The notes under the pieces are model-generated. The model ran no database searches, was not told where the DNA came from, and saw only the letters and a list, made by a program, of their open reading frames with translations. From positions 1,563-65,562 of the forward strand of contig JBBQDL010000009.1 in NCBI GenBank assembly GCA_038319665.1: a DNA stretch of 64,000 nucleotides, read 5' to 3'. The translations under genes and the position numbers were made by a program. Positions 1 through 9,489 of this stretch are shown piece after piece. Origin of the DNA: Candidatus Limnocylindrales bacterium. GTDB taxonomy: Bacteria; Chloroflexota; Limnocylindria; Limnocylindrales; CSP1-4. Every line of letters begins with the position of its first letter. Within the stretch, counting starts at the first letter, position 1.

Positions 1-631
1 ACGCCGACATCGTCGCCTTGAGCGGGTCGGTCTCGAACCACTGGTCCAGGAACCCCGAAGCGCTCATCGTCATGAGCTGGACGAAGACGGCCTGCTGGCG
101 CTGCGGGAGCTGCTGGAAGCGCCGGGCGAGCCCGGCCAGCGGGAGCATCGGGCGCGGGTCGAGGCTGGTGATGTCGGGCGGGGTGATGGCCAGGATCGGC
201 TTGATGAAACGAGCCATCTCGACCATGAGCTGGCCGTACTCCTCGTACGCCTCGGCGTCGCTCGCCGACCAGCGGCGCAGCTCGCGGACCGTCCGGCCGT
301 GGTCGTTGACCCGCCACAGGTAGTCGCCGCCACCCGCCGCCGGCCCGGCGCCCTTGGGCAAGGGCGTGAACGTGCCGTCGAGCGGCAGGATGTCGAGCCC
401 GTGCTTCGGGAGCTGAAGGTCGCGGATGATCTCGGGTCGGAGCAGGCTCACGACGTAGCTGAAGACCGAGAACCTGAAGCCGGGGAAGAGTTCCTCGGTG
501 ACGGCCGCGCCGCCGAGGACGTGGCGCTTCTCGAGGACCAATGTCTTGAGGCCGGCACGGGCCAGGTAGGCCGCGCTCACGAGGCCGTTGTGGCCGCCAC
601 CGATGACGACCGCGTCGTAGGACTGGGCCAA
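1..631 (-). CDS. NAD(P)/FAD-dependent oxidoreductase, phytoene-desaturase/amine-oxidase family; 3' end runs off the window
   Basis: Own minus-strand translation (absent from the ORF track because it is open at the window edge). TTG at 631 has GGAGG 9 nt upstream. The product reads LAQSYDAVVIGGGHNGLVSAAYLARAGLKTLVLEKRHVLGGAAVTEE..., a Rossmann GxGxxG fold. The frame stays open to nt 1. Confidence 0.75.
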   Translation of the reverse strand, partial: MAQSYDAVVIGGGHNGLVSAAYLARAGLKTLVLEKRHVLGGAAVTEELFPGFRFSVFSYVVSLLRPEIIRDLQLPKHGLDILPLDGTFTPLPKGAGPAAGGGDYLWRVNDHGRTVRELRRWSASDAEAYEEYGQLMVEMARFIKPILAITPPDITSLDPRPMLPLAGLARRFQQLPQRQQAVFVQLMTMSASGFLDQWFETDPLKATMSA

Positions 632-736
632 GCGGGCGTCCCTCCACGGCGATCCAGACTGCTTGTGTACGAGGCACGAGGATACAGATGATTCCCGCAT
701 ACTGGCGACCCAGTCGAGTCGGAGGCCTGCCAGCAC

Positions 737-1927
737 GTGAGCGTCGAGACGCCGTTCCATCCGCGCACCGCGCCGCTCAACCGCAAGATGCAGTGGCGTG
801 AGTGGTCGGGCTATTTCGCCTCGAGCGTCTACGCCGACGCCCACGACATCGAGTACAACGCGATCCGCGAGGCGGCCGCGCTCATCGACGTCTCGCCGCT
901 CTACAAGTACGTCGTCTCCGGACCCGACGCGCTCCGGCTGGTGGATCGGGTGATCACCCGCGATGCCACCAAGCTCGCCGTCGGTGCCGTCATGTACACG
1001 CCCTGGTGCGATGAGCACGGCAAGGTCGTCGACGACGGCACGATCCATCGACTCGACGAGGGGCGGTACCGCTGGACCGCGGCCGATCCGCAGATTCGCT
1101 GGCTCCGCCAGAACAGCACCGGCCTCGACGTCACGATCACCGAGGAGACGGAGGCGACCGCGGCGCTCGCGCTCCAGGGACCGCTCTCCCGCGACGTCCT
1201 CGAAGCCGCCACGGGCGAGTCGTTCGCCGACCTGCGCTACTTCCACCGCCGGGCGTCGAAGGTCGGCCGGGTGAAGATCGATGTCTCACGGACCGGCTAC
1301 ACCGGCGACCTCGGCTACGAGCTGTGGATCCCGACCGAGACTGCGGTCAAGGTCTGGGACGCACTTGTCGCGGCCGGGAAGGCGTACGGCATCCGTCCGG
1401 CCGGGATGCTCGCGCTCGACGTCGTGCGGCTCGAGGCCGGGCTCATCCTGATCGAGGTCGACTACATGTCGGCCCACCATGCCATGAACCCCGACCAGCA
1501 CTACTCGCCCGGCGAGATCGGCCTCGGGCGACTGGTCAGTTTCGAGAAGGGCGACTTCGTCGGTCGCCTCGCGCTCGAGCGGGAGGCGAGGGCCGGGGGC
1601 CCGGCGCGCCGGCTGGTCGGGCTGCAGCTCGACTGGTACGACATCGAGGGGCTGTACGATGCGCAGGGCCTTCCGCCCGCGATCAGCGCCTCGGTCGACC
1701 GTTCGCCCGTCCCGGTCTTCGCGGGTGGTCGCCAGGTCGGTCCGGCGACGAGCCATGGCTGGAGCCCGCTCCTCAAGCAGGCCATCGCGCTCGCATCCGT
1801 CCCGCCCGAGTACGAGGCCCTGGGCACGGCCCTCACCGTCGAATGGACAGTCGAGGGCCGCCGTGGGCGCGTCGGCGCGGTCGTCGTCGAGACGCCATTC
1901 CTCGACCTGGAGCGCAAGCGGAGCTAA
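737..1927 (+). CDS. aminomethyltransferase (GcvT/glycine-cleavage T-protein) family protein
   Basis: 396-aa ORF with a GTG start. N-terminus ...REAAALIDVSPLYKYVVSGPDA... and ...TGYTGDLGYELW... are typical of the folate-dependent aminomethyltransferase fold. Divergent from the oxidoreductase gene. Confidence 0.85.
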   Translation: MSVETPFHPRTAPLNRKMQWREWSGYFASSVYADAHDIEYNAIREAAALIDVSPLYKYVVSGPDALRLVDRVITRDATKLAVGAVMYTPWCDEHGKVVDDGTIHRLDEGRYRWTAADPQIRWLRQNSTGLDVTITEETEATAALALQGPLSRDVLEAATGESFADLRYFHRRASKVGRVKIDVSRTGYTGDLGYELWIPTETAVKVWDALVAAGKAYGIRPAGMLALDVVRLEAGLILIEVDYMSAHHAMNPDQHYSPGEIGLGRLVSFEKGDFVGRLALEREARAGGPARRLVGLQLDWYDIEGLYDAQGLPPAISASVDRSPVPVFAGGRQVGPATSHGWSPLLKQAIALASVPPEYEALGTALTVEWTVEGRRGRVGAVVVETPFLDLERKRS

Positions 1928-1944
1928 TCCCGTCCCGGCAAGGG

Positions 1945-2376
1945 TCAGGGGATCCGGACGCGGCCCCCGGCGTCGATCGGGAAGAACGGGTTGTGGGCGA
2001 CCTCCCAGGGGTGACCGTCCGGGTCCCCGAAATAGCCCGAGGTGCCACCCCAGTCGGTGGCGATGGCGGGCTTGAGGAGCGTGGCGCCGGCGGCGACAGC
2101 AGCCTCGAGCGCCATTCCGACCGCCTCCGGCGTCTCGACGTTGATGGCGAGCGTGATGCCGCCGAACCGGGCGCGCGGCTCGGCGGGAAGGCGGGCGTCC
2201 TCGGCGAGCTCGTGCCACGGGAAGAGCCCGATGTGCGAGTCGGCGGTCCGGAACCAGGCGATCGCCTCGCTCGACGACGTGCAACGCTCCCAACCGAGCG
2301 CCTCGTAGAAGGCGACGGAACGCGCGAGGTCGGCGACGCCCAGGGTGACGATCCCGAGCCTTGCGGGGATGCTCAT
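1945..2376 (-). CDS. VOC (glyoxalase/bleomycin-resistance/dioxygenase) family protein
   Basis: Inner ATG at 2376 gives MSIPARLGIVTLGVADLARSVAFYEALGWE..., a VOC N-terminal beta-alpha-beta motif. ATGA overlap with the upstream aminotransferase stop. The longer 223-aa track ORF has an R/P-rich artefact extension. Confidence 0.8.
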   Translation of the reverse strand: MSIPARLGIVTLGVADLARSVAFYEALGWERCTSSSEAIAWFRTADSHIGLFPWHELAEDARLPAEPRARFGGITLAINVETPEAVGMALEAAVAAGATLLKPAIATDWGGTSGYFGDPDGHPWEVAHNPFFPIDAGGRVRIP

Positions 2377-3509
2377 CGCAGGGTCCTCCGTGCGTGGGCC
2401 CCGAGGCGCTCGAGCGCCACGGGCAGATCGGTGCGTCCGAAGCCGATCCGGAAATGGTTGCCGGCGTGGCCGAGTTGGGACCCGGGGAGGAGCAGCACGC
2501 CCTCGGCCTCGACCAACGCGGCGGCCCAGTCGTCGATCCGGAGCCCGGGAACGGTCAGCCGCGGGTAGCCGATCGAGCCGGCCCGCGGCCGGGCCCAGGC
2601 GAAGCGGTCGGGCCATTCATCGAAGAAGGCGTCGAGCCGCTCGAGGTTCGTGGCGATGATCCCGCGCGACCGGCCCAGGACCCGGTCGCGGGCACGCAAC
2701 GCGATGATGGAGAGGATCTCCGACGGCGCCGACGAACAGATGGTCGTGTAGTCCTTGAAGCCCGCGGCCCGGGCGAGCAGCGCTCGGTCGTGCGTTGCCA
2801 GCCAGCCGATGCGCAGGCCGGCCATCGCGTACGCCTTCGACATGACGCCGAGCGAGATCCCCGTCGGCAGGGCGTCGGCGCCCGCCGGGAGCCGGTCGGC
2901 CTCGTCGAATTCGAGCCCGCGGTAGACCTCGTCCATGAACAGGTGGGCGCCGGCGTCGGCCGCGATCGCAACGAGCCCCTCGAACGTCGCGCTGTCGGGC
3001 AGCATCCCGGTCGGGTTGTGCGGGGCGTTGACGACGATGAGCCGGGTCGCGGGCATGACCTGGCGGCGGAGCAGGTCGAGATCGAGCGCCCAGCCGTCCG
3101 TCTCGCGGAGCTCATGGAGCGTCACGTCGGCCCCCGCCGTGCGGGCCAACTCGTAGAGGCTCTGGTAGCCGGGCCACGTGACGATCGCGTGATCGCCCGG
3201 GCTGAGCAGGACATTCATCAGACAGAAGATCGCCTCCTCGGCGCCCGCGAAGGTCAGGATCTCGTCGGGCTCGATCGTCTCGTAGGTCGACGCGATCTCG
3301 CGCCGGAGGAGCGGGTGGCCGGTCGATTCGGTGTAGCCGAGCTCGAGCCCGTCCCACAGCGCCCGGGCCTCGTCGTCGGCCAGGGCGAGCAGCTCGGCCA
3401 TCGGGTAGCCCTGGACATCCGAGGCGCACAGGAGGTGTTCGACGGCGAATTCCCAGCGAGCGAAGTAGCGCTCCAGGGCGAAATCAGCGATCCGCATGGT
3501 CGACATCAT
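2373..3509 (-). CDS. PLP-dependent aminotransferase, class I/II fold
   Basis: 378-aa ORF. Contains NPTG and the SKAYAMAGLRIGW PLP-lysine motif. 4-nt overlaps with both neighbours. Confidence 0.85.
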   Translation of the reverse strand: MMSTMRIADFALERYFARWEFAVEHLLCASDVQGYPMAELLALADDEARALWDGLELGYTESTGHPLLRREIASTYETIEPDEILTFAGAEEAIFCLMNVLLSPGDHAIVTWPGYQSLYELARTAGADVTLHELRETDGWALDLDLLRRQVMPATRLIVVNAPHNPTGMLPDSATFEGLVAIAADAGAHLFMDEVYRGLEFDEADRLPAGADALPTGISLGVMSKAYAMAGLRIGWLATHDRALLARAAGFKDYTTICSSAPSEILSIIALRARDRVLGRSRGIIATNLERLDAFFDEWPDRFAWARPRAGSIGYPRLTVPGLRIDDWAAALVEAEGVLLLPGSQLGHAGNHFRIGFGRTDLPVALERLGAHARRTLR

Positions 3510-4096
3510 GGCGCCGCGCCGCGCGCGGAACGGCTCGGTTCCGCGGTGCCGACCTCGAGCGTGATCGCCTCGGCAGGGCCCAGCAGCTGCACGTCGACCG
3601 GAGCCCGGCCGGTGGCGAGTGCCACACCGATCCGGGTCGGTCCGGCGTGCGAGACGATGACCGTCGGGCGATCGGCCGTGAGGATCGCGGCCCAGGCCGC
3701 CGCCACCCGGTCCTGGAGTGCCCTCGCGGTCTCACCACCGGGCCAGTCGATGTCGACATCCCCGCTGGCGAGGCGTGCGGCCAGCTCGGGAAACCGGGCG
3801 GCGATCTCGTCGAAGGTCAGACCCTCGACATCGCCGAGATCGGCCTCCATCCAGCGTGCGTCGGTCTCGAGCACGACCGGCGCAATCCGGATGGCCAGGA
3901 GCGCGGCTGTCTCGTGGGCGCGCCGGCTCGGGCTGGCGACGATGCGGATCCCAGGCGGCAGCGTCGAAGCGAGCCGAGACGCCAGCATCTCCGCGGACCG
4001 CCGGCCGGCGGCCGAGAGGGACGGATCGCCTTGGCCGCTGTAGCGCCGGCCGGACCAGGCGGTGGCCGCGTGACGGACGAGGACGATCGTCGTCAC
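3506..4096 (-). CDS. histidine phosphatase family protein, CobC-like (putative alpha-ribazole phosphatase)
   Basis: The N-terminus IVLVRHAATAWS carries the RH catalytic motif of the phosphoglycerate-mutase superfamily. Lies directly downstream of cobT with a 4-nt overlap. The functional assignment rests on context. Confidence 0.7.
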   Translation of the reverse strand: MTTIVLVRHAATAWSGRRYSGQGDPSLSAAGRRSAEMLASRLASTLPPGIRIVASPSRRAHETAALLAIRIAPVVLETDARWMEADLGDVEGLTFDEIAARFPELAARLASGDVDIDWPGGETARALQDRVAAAWAAILTADRPTVIVSHAGPTRIGVALATGRAPVDVQLLGPAEAITLEVGTAEPSRSARGAAP

Positions 4097-5208
4097 GTCG
4101 GACCGGCGATCCCCGCGGAGTCGAACGTCGCCATCTCGTCACGGATGGCCACCGCGGCGACGATCACGGCCATGGCCAGGGCCGCCCCGGACGCCTCGCC
4201 GAGCCGCAGGTCGAGCTCGAGGATCGGCGTCAGCCCGAGGTGGTCGAGGACGATCCGATGCCCGGGCTCGGTCGAGCGGTGGCCGGCGATGAGGCGAGGC
4301 CCGAGACGTGGTTCGAGGGCGAGTGCGACGAGTGCCGCCGAGGCCGTGATGAAGCCATCGAGGACGATCGGGATCCCCGCGAGCGCCGCCTCGGCGATGA
4401 CGCCGACGAGCACCGCGATCTCGAGGCCACCGATCGCCGCGAGGACCCCGAGCGGGTCGGTACGGTCGGGGCGATGGCGGGCCAGGGCGGCCTCGATGGC
4501 GGCAACCTTGCGTCGTCGTCCGGCGTCGTCGACCCCGGTGCCCGGGCCGGTCACCACGTCGACCGGGGCGCCGGTGAAGATGGCCGACAGCGCGCTCGCG
4601 GCCGTGGTATTGCCGATCCCCATCTCGCCGATGCCGAGCAGATCGAGGCCGGTCGCGTCGGCGCGGAGCTCGACCACGACGCGCCTGCCGACGGCGATCG
4701 CCATGAGCGCCTCGTCACGCTCCATCGCCGCTCGCTCGGTCATGTCCGCAGTCCCGGGCCGCACCCGGGCGCCGACCAGCCTCCCGCCGCGCCGCGGATC
4801 CGGGACGGCGGTCGGGATCGGTCCCGCGACGCCCGCGTCGATGACCACGACCCGGGCGCCGACCGATGCGGCGAGGACGTTGATGGCGGCGCCGCCCGCC
4901 ACGAAGTTGGCCACCATCTGGGCCGTCACCTCGGCCGGGTACGCCGAGACGCCGCGCTGCGCGACCCCGTGATCGGCGGCGGCCACCACGATCGCCCGGG
5001 CACCCACCGGGGCGTCGGCCCGACCGGTGATCCCGGCCAGCTGGATGACCAGCGCTTCGAGCCGACCCAGGCTCCCCGGCGGCTTCGTCAGCCGGTCGAG
5101 ATGGGCCGCGGCCGCCGCCATCGCTTCGGCGTCGAGCGGCCGGATGGTGGCCAGGTCGGACCGCAGGCTCGCCTCCGCCGCCGAGTCGACCCTGTCAGCC
5201 CCGCTCAC
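4093..5208 (-). CDS. cobT: nicotinate-nucleotide--dimethylbenzimidazole phosphoribosyltransferase
   Basis: LDRLTKPPGSLGRLEALVIQLAGI signature. Start trimmed to GTG 5208, which forms a GTGA overlap with the cobU stop. The upstream part of the 492-aa track ORF overlaps cobU and is R/P-rich. Confidence 0.85.
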   Translation of the reverse strand: MSGADRVDSAAEASLRSDLATIRPLDAEAMAAAAAHLDRLTKPPGSLGRLEALVIQLAGITGRADAPVGARAIVVAAADHGVAQRGVSAYPAEVTAQMVANFVAGGAAINVLAASVGARVVVIDAGVAGPIPTAVPDPRRGGRLVGARVRPGTADMTERAAMERDEALMAIAVGRRVVVELRADATGLDLLGIGEMGIGNTTAASALSAIFTGAPVDVVTGPGTGVDDAGRRRKVAAIEAALARHRPDRTDPLGVLAAIGGLEIAVLVGVIAEAALAGIPIVLDGFITASAALVALALEPRLGPRLIAGHRSTEPGHRIVLDHLGLTPILELDLRLGEASGAALAMAVIVAAVAIRDEMATFDSAGIAGPT

Positions 5209-5753
5209 GACGCACCGCCGCCCTTCAGGGTTATCGGAAGGCCGGCCACGAGGAGATGGACCTCGTCGGCCGATCCGGCCAGCCGCTGATGGGCGATGCC
5301 GACGAGGTCCCGGTACGCACGCGCGCCGGCATGCATCGGGACGATCCCCGACCCGACCTCGTCGCTGACCACGACGACCGGGCCGGGCCGGGCCGCGATG
5401 GCGGCCAGGGCCGCAGCGACCGGGCTGTCGAGGATCGGGTCGATCGAAGGGGCGTCGTCGCCGAGGAGCGCGCTCAGCCACAGCGTGAAACCGTCGATCA
5501 GGACCGGCTCGTCCGGCGTCGTGCGGGCGAGCGCGCCGACGAGGTCCGTCCCCACCTCGACCGTCGGCCACGACGCCGGGCGGGCCGCGCGGTGGCGGGC
5601 GATCCGGTCATCGAGCTCGGGGTCGCCCGGCCAGGCGGTCGCCAGGAACCAGACACGGCCTCCGTCGCCGGCCAACCGTTTCGCGACGGCCAGACCGAAC
5701 CAGCTCTTGCCGCTGCGGGTGCCACCGAGCGCCAGGATCAGGGGGTCAGCCAT
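5205..5753 (-). CDS. cobU: bifunctional adenosylcobinamide kinase / adenosylcobinamide-phosphate guanylyltransferase
   Basis: 182 aa with P-loop ILALGGTRSGKS and C-terminal ...VSDEVGSGIVP... Confidence 0.85.
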   Translation of the reverse strand: MADPLILALGGTRSGKSWFGLAVAKRLAGDGGRVWFLATAWPGDPELDDRIARHRAARPASWPTVEVGTDLVGALARTTPDEPVLIDGFTLWLSALLGDDAPSIDPILDSPVAAALAAIAARPGPVVVVSDEVGSGIVPMHAGARAYRDLVGIAHQRLAGSADEVHLLVAGLPITLKGGGAS

Positions 5754-5765
5754 GCCGTCGGTCGC

Positions 5766-6563
5766 TCACGTCGCGAAGGCGGCAGCCGCGAGCGACGCGG
5801 CCATCGTCAGTTCGATGATCGCGCCCAGCCCATCACCGTCGAGTTGTCGCCGGCCCCGAACGATCGCGCCGGCGATGGCCAGCCCAGCGCCGGCTCCGAC
5901 CAGCCCGCCCAGCGCGACCCCGAGCGAACGCATGGCCAGGGCAAGACCGGCTGTCACGAGGACGGCCACGATGACCGCCACGACGGCATCGCCCCGCCCG
6001 ACCCGCGCGACGAACCATCCGCCGGAGCCACCACCCGCCACCCCGGATCCGGCGAGGACGGCGGCGACCACCGGCAGGGTCCGGGCCACGACCGCCGCGA
6101 CGACGAGCGCCGCCCCGGCGGTCGCGACGCCGGCGGATGTCACGAGGCTGGCCAGTGCCGCGACCTCGACCCCCAGCACGAGGATCAGCGCCACTGCCCC
6201 GCCCGGCCCGACCGCCGGGTCCTTGCGGGCGCGCTCTGCGGTGGTCGGGTCTGGTGCCAGGAGTGCGTCCGCCGTGTCGGCCAGCCCGTCGAGGTGGAGC
6301 GCACCGGTGAGCAGCGTCATCGCCGCCACGGCCAGCAGGCCCGCCAGGAAGGGCTCGGCCGCCGCCCCGAGGACGAGCGGGACGAGACCGGAGAACCCGA
6401 CCACGAGGCCGACGACCGGGAAGGCGGCAGCCCCGGTCGCCATGCCCTCGCCCGGGCGGACGGGGAGCCGGGTGAGCAGCGCAAGGGCGGCCCGGAACGT
6501 TCCGACGACCCCGATCGTGGCCCCGGCGGTCACCCCGGGGCGTGGCGGCATCCGGATGGCCAT
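5766..6563 (-). CDS. cobS: adenosylcobinamide-GDP ribazoletransferase (cobalamin synthase)
   Basis: 265-aa polytopic membrane protein with the N-terminal FRAALALLTRLPV motif typical of CobS. Confidence 0.8.
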   Translation of the reverse strand: MAIRMPPRPGVTAGATIGVVGTFRAALALLTRLPVRPGEGMATGAAAFPVVGLVVGFSGLVPLVLGAAAEPFLAGLLAVAAMTLLTGALHLDGLADTADALLAPDPTTAERARKDPAVGPGGAVALILVLGVEVAALASLVTSAGVATAGAALVVAAVVARTLPVVAAVLAGSGVAGGGSGGWFVARVGRGDAVVAVIVAVLVTAGLALAMRSLGVALGGLVGAGAGLAIAGAIVRGRRQLDGDGLGAIIELTMAASLAAAAFAT

Positions 6564-6565
6564 GG

Positions 6566-7324
6566 TCAGCCGGCCCCGATCGGCAGCCGGACGAGCGCGG
6601 GATCCACCCCGAAGACGCCGCGAATGTGACCGGCGTCAAGGGTCCTCGCCGGGGGGCCGTCGGCGACGATGCGGCCGGCCCGCATGAGCGCCACCCGGGG
6701 AAAGAAGTTGGCCGCGAGCGCGAGGTCGTGGAGGACCGCGACGATCGTCGCGCCGTCGCGTTCGTTGAGGTCGACGAGCAGTTGCATGACCTCGACCTGG
6801 TGGCGAATATCCAGGTGGGCGGTGGGCTCATCGAGGACCAGGATCGGGGCAGCCTGCGCCAGGGCGATGGCGACGAAGACGAGCTGACGCTCGCCCATCG
6901 ACAGGCGGCGGGCATCACGCTCGGCGAGCGGACCGACCCCGACCCGCTCCATCGCGGCCTCGACCGCATCGTCGTCGATCTGGCGCGACCCACTGAGGGG
7001 TGGATCGTGCGGCAGGCGCCCCAGGGCGACGACCTCGCGCACAGTCATCGCGAACGGCAGCTGGGTCGGCTCGGGGACGACGGCGATCGCCCGGGCGACG
7101 GCCTTCCGATCGAGGGTCCGGATGGCCTCGCTCCGGAGGGTCACGTTTCCCCGACGCGGCTGAAGGACACCGGTCAGGACCCGAAGCAGGGTCGACTTGC
7201 CGGCACCGTTCGGCCCGACCAGGGCGACCCGCTCGCCCGCTTGGAGCGAGAGGCTGGCGTCGGCCAGGATCGTGCGATCGCCGAATGCGACCGTGACCGC
7301 GTCAGCCGCAAGGATCGGGTTCAC
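6566..7324 (-). CDS. ABC transporter ATP-binding protein, iron-siderophore/cobalamin (FecE/BtuD) type
   Basis: Walker A GPNGAGKST, signature LSMGERQ, Walker B LVLDEPT. Confidence 0.9.
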   Translation of the reverse strand: MNPILAADAVTVAFGDRTILADASLSLQAGERVALVGPNGAGKSTLLRVLTGVLQPRRGNVTLRSEAIRTLDRKAVARAIAVVPEPTQLPFAMTVREVVALGRLPHDPPLSGSRQIDDDAVEAAMERVGVGPLAERDARRLSMGERQLVFVAIALAQAAPILVLDEPTAHLDIRHQVEVMQLLVDLNERDGATIVAVLHDLALAANFFPRVALMRAGRIVADGPPARTLDAGHIRGVFGVDPALVRLPIGAG

Positions 7325-8397
7325 AGTTCATAACCCGAGCGGGTCTGGTGGAGCAGGAGCAGGAAGAACGGGGCCCCGAGGATCGCCATGACCACCCCGA
7401 CCGGAAGGTCCCCGAGCAACCGCGCCACGAGATCGGCCAGGGTCAGCAGGATCGCCCCGACGATGGCCGAGATGGGCACGACCCGTCGAGCGGATGCCCC
7501 GACGAGCAGCCGGACGACATGCGGGACCACGAGACCGACGAAGCCGATGAGCCCCGTGATCGCGACCGCGGCGGCCGTCGCCATCGTCGCCAGGATGAGC
7601 AGGATGCCCCGCTCGCGCCTCACGTCCACCCCGAGGTGACCGGCCGCCGAGTCGCCAAGCAGCAGCCCGTCGAGCGATCGGGCCCGAAGCCCGATGAGGA
7701 GGCACGCCCCGAGAATGACCGGGGCGGCCACGATCAGGCGCTCCCACGAAGCGGCCGCGAGGCCGCCGAGCAGGAACGAGAAGATCGTCCGGAGGTTGGT
7801 CCCGGAGACGTACATCGCCATCGTCAGGAGGGCCGCGAGGACGGATCCCACCGCGTAGCCGGTGAGCAGCAGCCGGGTCATCCCGCCGGCGCCGCCGGCG
7901 CCACCGAGCCGGAAGACGAGCAGCGCCGCGGCCAGCGCGCCGACGAACGCCCAGACGTTGACCAGCCCGAACTGGAAGACCGTGACGCCGACCGGCAGGA
8001 GGATGGCCAGCGCGGCCCCGAGCGCGGCACCCGACGAGGTCCCCAGCACATACGGGTCGGCCAACGGGTTGCGGACGATGCCCTGGAAGGTCGCGCCCGC
8101 GACCGCCAGACCGGCGCCCACCAGCCCGGCTGTGAGCGCGCGCGGCAGGCGCAGCTCCCAGACGATCGTCTCGGTGGCGGTCGTCCAGCGGCCGCCCAGG
8201 TCGAGCCCGAAGAGCCGATGCAGGATGACCCCGATCGTGTCTCCGGGGCCGATCTGCGTAGACCCGACGGTCACCCCGGCCAGCAACGCGAGCGCCAGCA
8301 GGCCGACGCCGACCAGCGCGATCGTCCCGGGCCGCCCCCGGATCCGGCCGGCCAGGCCGACCGGCCGGATCTCCGCGGGGATCGTGCTCGTCGCCAT
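7321..8397 (-). CDS. FecCD-family ABC permease (BtuC-like)
   Basis: 358-aa polytopic protein. ...ELRLPRALTAGLVGAGLAVAG... is the FecCD signature region. 4-nt overlap with the ATPase gene. Confidence 0.9.
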   Translation of the reverse strand: MATSTIPAEIRPVGLAGRIRGRPGTIALVGVGLLALALLAGVTVGSTQIGPGDTIGVILHRLFGLDLGGRWTTATETIVWELRLPRALTAGLVGAGLAVAGATFQGIVRNPLADPYVLGTSSGAALGAALAILLPVGVTVFQFGLVNVWAFVGALAAALLVFRLGGAGGAGGMTRLLLTGYAVGSVLAALLTMAMYVSGTNLRTIFSFLLGGLAAASWERLIVAAPVILGACLLIGLRARSLDGLLLGDSAAGHLGVDVRRERGILLILATMATAAAVAITGLIGFVGLVVPHVVRLLVGASARRVVPISAIVGAILLTLADLVARLLGDLPVGVVMAILGAPFFLLLLHQTRSGYEL

Positions 8398-8406
8398 CGA
8401 TGGCCG

Positions 8407-9486
8407 CTAGGGCGCCGAGGATGGCGCGGGCGACGGGATCACGAGGCCGGGGTACATGGCCAGAGCCAGGTTACGCATCCCGATCGGCAGTCTTGGGCCC
8501 GGCCGGGTGATCTCGGTGTCGGTCACCGATCGGATGTCGCCGGTCTTGACCGCCGTGAGTGCCTTCCAGCCGTTCCGCTTGGCGATGATCGCGGGCGTCG
8601 GCATGTAGAACGCGTTGACGCCTAGGATGATCAACTGCGGATCCCGTTGGATGAGCATCTCAAGGGGGATCTCGTAGGTGGTCGCGTCGCCGGTGATGAC
8701 GTCCACCCCGAGCATGTCGAGCATCTCGGCCAGGAACGAGCCCTTGCCTGGACCGTAGATCTGGCCGGTCGTATCGATGTAACCGACGTCGTAGAAGACC
8801 CGGGGTGGGACGCCGGCCTTGCCGGCGGCGGCTTTGGCGGCCGCGCCGATGGCCGTCATATCGGTGCGCATCGTGCCGACAAGTGCGGTCGCAGCGCGGG
8901 CATCGCCGATGGCGGTCCCGACCAGTTGGATGTCGGCGTAGATGGTGTCGATCGTGGTGCTCGAGACCACGAGGACCGGGACCTTGAGGGAGCGGAGCTT
9001 GGTGATGGCATCGGCCGAGGTGAACCCGGCGCCGCCGGCGATCACCAGGTCGGCATCGAGGCTGACGATCTTCTCGACATCGACGGTCCCGAAGGTGACG
9101 ACGTGCGGCAGGGCCTTGGCCGCGGCCGGGAAATCACTGGCGTCGTCCGTTGCCACGACCCGGCTTCCCGCCCCGACCGCGAACAGGGTCTCGGTGACGG
9201 CCGGGGTCAGCGAGACGATCTTTTGGGGTTCTGTCGGGATCGCGACGGCGGTGCCCTCGTCATCGTTGACCGTGACCGGGAAGGCCGGGGCGGGCGACGG
9301 ACTCGGGGTCGGGGCTGCCGTCGCCGCCGAGGTGGCGCTGGCCAATGCGGCGGTCGAGGGACTCGACGCGGGCGACGTCGCGACGCCGCTCGAACAGGCG
9401 GCCAGCAGCAGGGCGAAGGCGGCGAGGAAGGCGACCACGGCGCGCGACGGCGCCGGGCGACCAAAGGACCTGTGAGACGGGGACAC
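8407..9486 (-). CDS. ABC substrate-binding lipoprotein, periplasmic-binding-protein type 2 (BtuF-like)
   Basis: GTG start with GGAGG SD. Lipobox LLLAAC. ...KIVSLTPAVTETLFAVGAGSRVVAT... is typical of Peripla_BP_2. First gene after the cobalamin riboswitch. Confidence 0.85.
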   Translation of the reverse strand: MSPSHRSFGRPAPSRAVVAFLAAFALLLAACSSGVATSPASSPSTAALASATSAATAAPTPSPSPAPAFPVTVNDDEGTAVAIPTEPQKIVSLTPAVTETLFAVGAGSRVVATDDASDFPAAAKALPHVVTFGTVDVEKIVSLDADLVIAGGAGFTSADAITKLRSLKVPVLVVSSTTIDTIYADIQLVGTAIGDARAATALVGTMRTDMTAIGAAAKAAAGKAGVPPRVFYDVGYIDTTGQIYGPGKGSFLAEMLDMLGVDVITGDATTYEIPLEMLIQRDPQLIILGVNAFYMPTPAIIAKRNGWKALTAVKTGDIRSVTDTEITRPGPRLPIGMRNLALAMYPGLVIPSPAPSSAP

Positions 9487-9489
9487 GTC

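Noticed and set aside
4093-5571. Long N-terminal extensions on track ORFs: cobT at 492 aa, ahcY 20358..22022, hemW 55074..56933, cupin 14105..15619, membrane protein 39636..40757, methyltransferase 26996..28084, UDG 43465..44610, ABC-2 44181..46103.
   Set aside because: The extensions overlap the upstream co-directional gene, are R/P/G-rich, and lack similarity to the family. In each case an internal ATG or GTG forms a 1-4 nt coupling overlap or follows an SD. Genes were trimmed accordingly.
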